Assembly (NCBI GenBank): GCA_964270895.1
Contig: OZ185442.1
Strand: one strand, 5' to 3'
From: Podarcis filfolensis
Taxonomy: Eukaryota
Length of the DNA stretch: 64,000 nucleotides
Part shown: piece by piece, positions 60,421 through 64,000 of the stretch
How the letters are laid out: each line of letters begins with the position of its first letter
Numbering within the stretch: the first letter of the stretch is position 1
The notes under the pieces: generated by a model
What the model saw: only the letters and a program-made list of their open reading frames with translations
Databases searched by the model: none
What the model was told of the DNA's origin: nothing
Program-made: the position numbers and the translations under genes

Positions 60421-61432
60421 TAATTTCTCATTTTATTTGACGAAATCCATATTCTGCTTGATAGCAATAAAACCTCTCAGCAGCGAAATTTGCAGTTTTT
60501 GTTACAGCGTGGAAAGTTCTTTTTTAAAAGCAGCATTTCGTCACCCACGAAATCCATCTTTCCACTATAGGAAATTATTTGTAGGTGAATGACAGCAGTC
60601 TCTGTGCTTTCAACATTAATTAATAATTTTCTGCAGATATTGTTCTTTTTTTATAAAAAAAAATGTTAGAAAATACATCTCTGTCTGTTGAAATCTGATC
60701 TTACACCCATCAAATATATTTTCAGGTTGGTGATGGAGCCAGTGGCTGCCTTGCATGGCTGAAGGGAAAGAGGAGGAGAAACTGATTGGCACAAATAGTT
60801 TATAGGCCAAGAGGAGTCTGGCAAAGGTGGTAGGGGAGAAAGCGTGTCAAAGCAACAGAAGAATATATGAATTGCCTCCCCAAATCTGTGCCAGAATGGA
60901 AGAAATGCCATATCGAGGCATATGGTCCTCCTTCCCTCCCCATTTTATCCTTGGGAAGTAGGTTAGGCCAAGGATTGGTGACTGGTCCAAGATCACCTAT
61001 TGAGCTTCACAGCTGAATGAGGATTTGAACTTGGGTCTTCTCAGTCCTTGTCATACACTCTGATCACTACATCACCTTCATGTTAACTTTGCAAATGTAG
61101 ATTTAAAAGGTAGTATAGGATAGAGCAGTGCAGGAGCTGTAGAACCATCAGCTGCCTCCAAGAGAACCATTGGAGTGCAGTGTCGGACTAGGACCTGGCA
61201 GATTCAGCCGTGAAGGTCCTTTGGATGACTTTGGAGCAGTCTCCGCCTAGCCTGCTTCACAATGGTTGTTGTGGTTTAGAGCAGAGCCATGTACACTACC
61301 TTGAGCTCCTTGGAAGAACAATGAGATATAAATGCAAGAGTAAATAAATAAATAACTGTTCTGCACCAAGTTCCCAGGAGTCTCCCAGCACTAGTTCAGC
61401 ACACTGGTTAAGCCTACTACCAAGCCTTAATG

Positions 61433-61632
61433 CAGAGCTTTCCAAACTGTGTCGTGACACATTAGTGTGTCGGCTGCAGTGTGTAGGTGTTGTCACATGA
61501 ATGCTCTCCAAGCTGCTCCCAGGTCTGGAAAGGGGTTAGTTTAACCTCCGGCTTGCTAGTAAAACTGAATTACTGTGTCATGATGCATGTCTAAAAAGTG
61601 TGTCACCAACATGAAAAGTTTGGAAAGCTTTG
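61433..61632. mobile_element. hAT MITE
   Basis: TIR CAGAGCTTTCCAAACT / AGTTTGGAAAGCTTTG; perfect TSD CCTTAATG. Confidence 0.9.
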
Positions 61633-62424
61633 CCTTAATGTATTAAAATGCAATGCTGACCAACCTACAGATTAAGTCCCGAAGAAAGTGGTGTTGCCTC
61701 TGTTGATGGCAACGAAAAGCCTTTCAGCTGAGAGGTTGGTCATCACAAACTGGGATGTAGAAAAAATAGGTGCCAGTGTACTACAGAGGATTGCTTGTTC
61801 AACAGACTGAAATTGAGGTGCGCAGCAGCTTGGGCAACTGTGTGGATTGGTGTCAGAACTCACACAATCATGACCATGACAGTGACTACTAGATATATAT
61901 GTGAATTGAAGGTCTCAAGCTTTGTGTTTTTGAAAATACTACAATATTTGAATATATTAAAATGTATTCAATATAATATTTGAGGATCATATTTTATCTG
62001 CTATTTTCCTTCTTTTTTGCAGATTAAAAATGCAGTCTTCAAAGCATAAATGTTTCAGAACTTGTAATGTTACACTAATGCTATAAAATACATGGGTTTT
62101 TATTCATAAACAAGTCCAGTAGGGTGATAAAATAGAAAAAAATGGGCATAGGTAATAAGTCCAGTGATTGTAAATAAAATGCCAATTTTCCTGTGTTCGA
62201 TCCGACAACCTAGATGATAGTGTCTTCTCTTCTTCTCCACCCCCCTATGCCTCAACTGTTTAAAAAGCAAATACATGTTTAAGTCAGGTTCCGTGTTAAA
62301 ATATCATTTGTGTTTTAAAAACCAGAATAACTAGAGAATCTCATCTGGAAGAAGTGCTACTCCTTGCTAACTCTTCAATTTTCATCTTACACACTCACCA
62401 ACACAACTAGAACATGCTAACTTG

Positions 62425-62560
62425 CAGCCTTTCTCAACCTTGGGTCCCCAGATGTTGTTGAACTACAATTCCCATCATCCCTAAGTAGCAGGGCCAGAGC
62501 TCAGGGATGATGGGAGTTGTAGTCCAACAACATCTGGGAGCCCAAGGTTGAGAAGCCCTG
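62425..62560. mobile_element. Palindromic hAT-derived MITE (CAGATGTTGTTG.ACTACAA.TCCCATCATCCC family)
   Basis: Arms are reverse complements. Degenerate relatives at about 3870-3975, 14020-14145, 14930-15035, 18165-18253, 21654-21766, 27885-28020, 39310-39385, and 63949-64000 (cut by the window end). Confidence 0.78.
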
Positions 62561-62796
62561 TGCTAAGGAAACTCCAGTCTGTGGAATCCACACACAAGGG
62601 CAGGCATTTCTCCCTAGATTAATGGAATCATTATTCTGTCTTGACCATTGCGAGGGTAGATCAGAAATTCTCATTAGAGCTCTCCGCCTGAAACTGTTTG
62701 ACAAATTACAACACTGGAGGGGAAGAGCTTTACTTGTTGGATTTCTGCCTGTCACTGCAGCTGTGAAAGGCACAGGTGGCCAGCCTCCCATATAAC

Positions 62797-63240
62797 AGCG
62801 AGACCATATAACACCGGTCTTGAAAGACCTACATTGGCTCCCAGTACGTTTCCAAGCACAATTCAAAGTGTTGCTGCTGACCTTTAAAGCCCTAAACGGC
62901 CTCGGTCCAGTATACCTGAAGGAGCGTCTCCACCCCCATCATTCTGCCTGGACGCTGAGGTCCAGCACCGAGGGCCTTCTGGCGGTTCCCTCACTGCGAG
63001 AAGCCAAGTTACAGGGAACCAGGCAGAGGGCCTTCTCGGTAGTGGCACCCGCCCTGTGGAACGCCCTCCCACCAGATGTCAAAGAGAACAACAACTACCA
63101 GACTTTTAGAAGACATCTGAAGGCAGCCCTTTTTAGGGAAGCTTTTAATGTTTGATGTATCACAGTATTTTAATATTCTTTTGGAAGCCGCCCAGAGTGG
63201 CTGGGGAAACCCAGCCAGATGGGCGGGGTATAAATAATAA

Positions 63241-63287
<47 letters not shown>
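62797..63287 (+). mobile_element. L2-clade LINE, 5'-truncated, open RT C-terminus, (TTA)n tail
   Basis: ORF 62820..63155 LHWLPVRFQAQFKVLLLTFKALNGLGP...FRRHLKAALFREAF, followed by 3'UTR stem-loop and (TTA)n. Confidence 0.9.
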
Positions 63288-63288
<1 letters not shown>

Positions 63289-64000
63289 CCAAATAAACGT
63301 ATTCATTTCAACCCAAAGCAACATCAGAGGTTTTTAAACTAAAGTTGGATGGCCATTTGCCAGGGATGGATAAGTTGTGATTTCTGCATTGCAGGAGGCG
63401 AAAGTAAATGGTCTTGTTCCTTCCAACTCTACAATTCTACGATTCTATTGTAAATCCTCACCTAAAGGAACTCTTGCCATTTTGTACGGGATGAGCAAAA
63501 GAACTGAGGGATAATTCCTTGAGGGTTGTTACATATGAGACAATTACAGCAGAGTTGTCACCCTTTTTGATGTTAAAAGGAAAAACAATTGATGTGGCAA
63601 CTGAACCTCTGTACCTCAAAGGAAATGGTTTGGAAATCACAGTGTTGCCTACTTCCCTCTTCAGTTATTAAAACAAAACCAACCAACCAACCAACCCCCC
63701 CGCAAGTGCAAGCCAGAGTTATATACTTCTTTCCCCACAGCCAAGCACCACTTAGGCCCCAAGACATCATCAAAAATCAGATGAAGCTAAGTAGCGTTGG
63801 TTATGGTCCATACACGACCAGGAAACTCACAGACAGACACCACCTTTATTTCAGTCGTGGAAGAAAAGTGGGGTAAAAGTGTATAATAACAGCTGCAATC
63901 CTATGCACATTTACCTGGGACTTGCTTCCCAGCCAACATGCATTAGAGCAGGCATAGGCAAACTCCGGCCCTCCAGATGTTTGGGACTACAATTCCCATC

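Noticed and set aside
59600-64000. Search for a neighbouring gene upstream of ATXN2
   Set aside because: Only repeats and AT-rich sequence; no coding exon recognised.

Overview
Vertebrate genomic DNA from a squamate reptile, probably a lacertid lizard (inferred from Sauria/Squam-type SINEs and the MITE repertoire). Most of the window is one gene on the minus strand, ATXN2 (ataxin-2). I traced coding exons 1-23 by hand, from the ATG at 58924 in a CpG island down to 1605. Splice-site dinucleotides and reading phases are consistent throughout, giving about 1121 codons if exon 10 is 210 nt. The last two exons, expected from the human gene, are not visible and presumably lie left of the window. 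The 5' half of exon 10 falls in a 164-N assembly gap. Domains seen: Lsm (exons 3-5), LsmAD (exons 7-8), PAM2 (exon 16) and a low-complexity C-terminus. Introns and the upstream region (59.6-64 kb) are full of transposon debris: Sauria SINEs, L2, L1, Rex1/Babar, CR1, Penelope-like tails, hAT MITEs and pogo/Tc-type MITEs. Most notable: two Penelope-like tails carrying a minimal hammerhead ribozyme core, one sense to the ATXN2 pre-mRNA inside an ~89-bp-stem hairpin; an exon 1 where the polyQ tract is replaced by Ala/Pro/Thr/Ser runs; a GC donor at intron 9; a tandem donor at exon 18 with adjacent RBFOX motifs; and a MITE carrying NRF1 and ETS promoter motifs. I found no convincing wholly new system. 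All family assignments come from motif recognition, not database searches.
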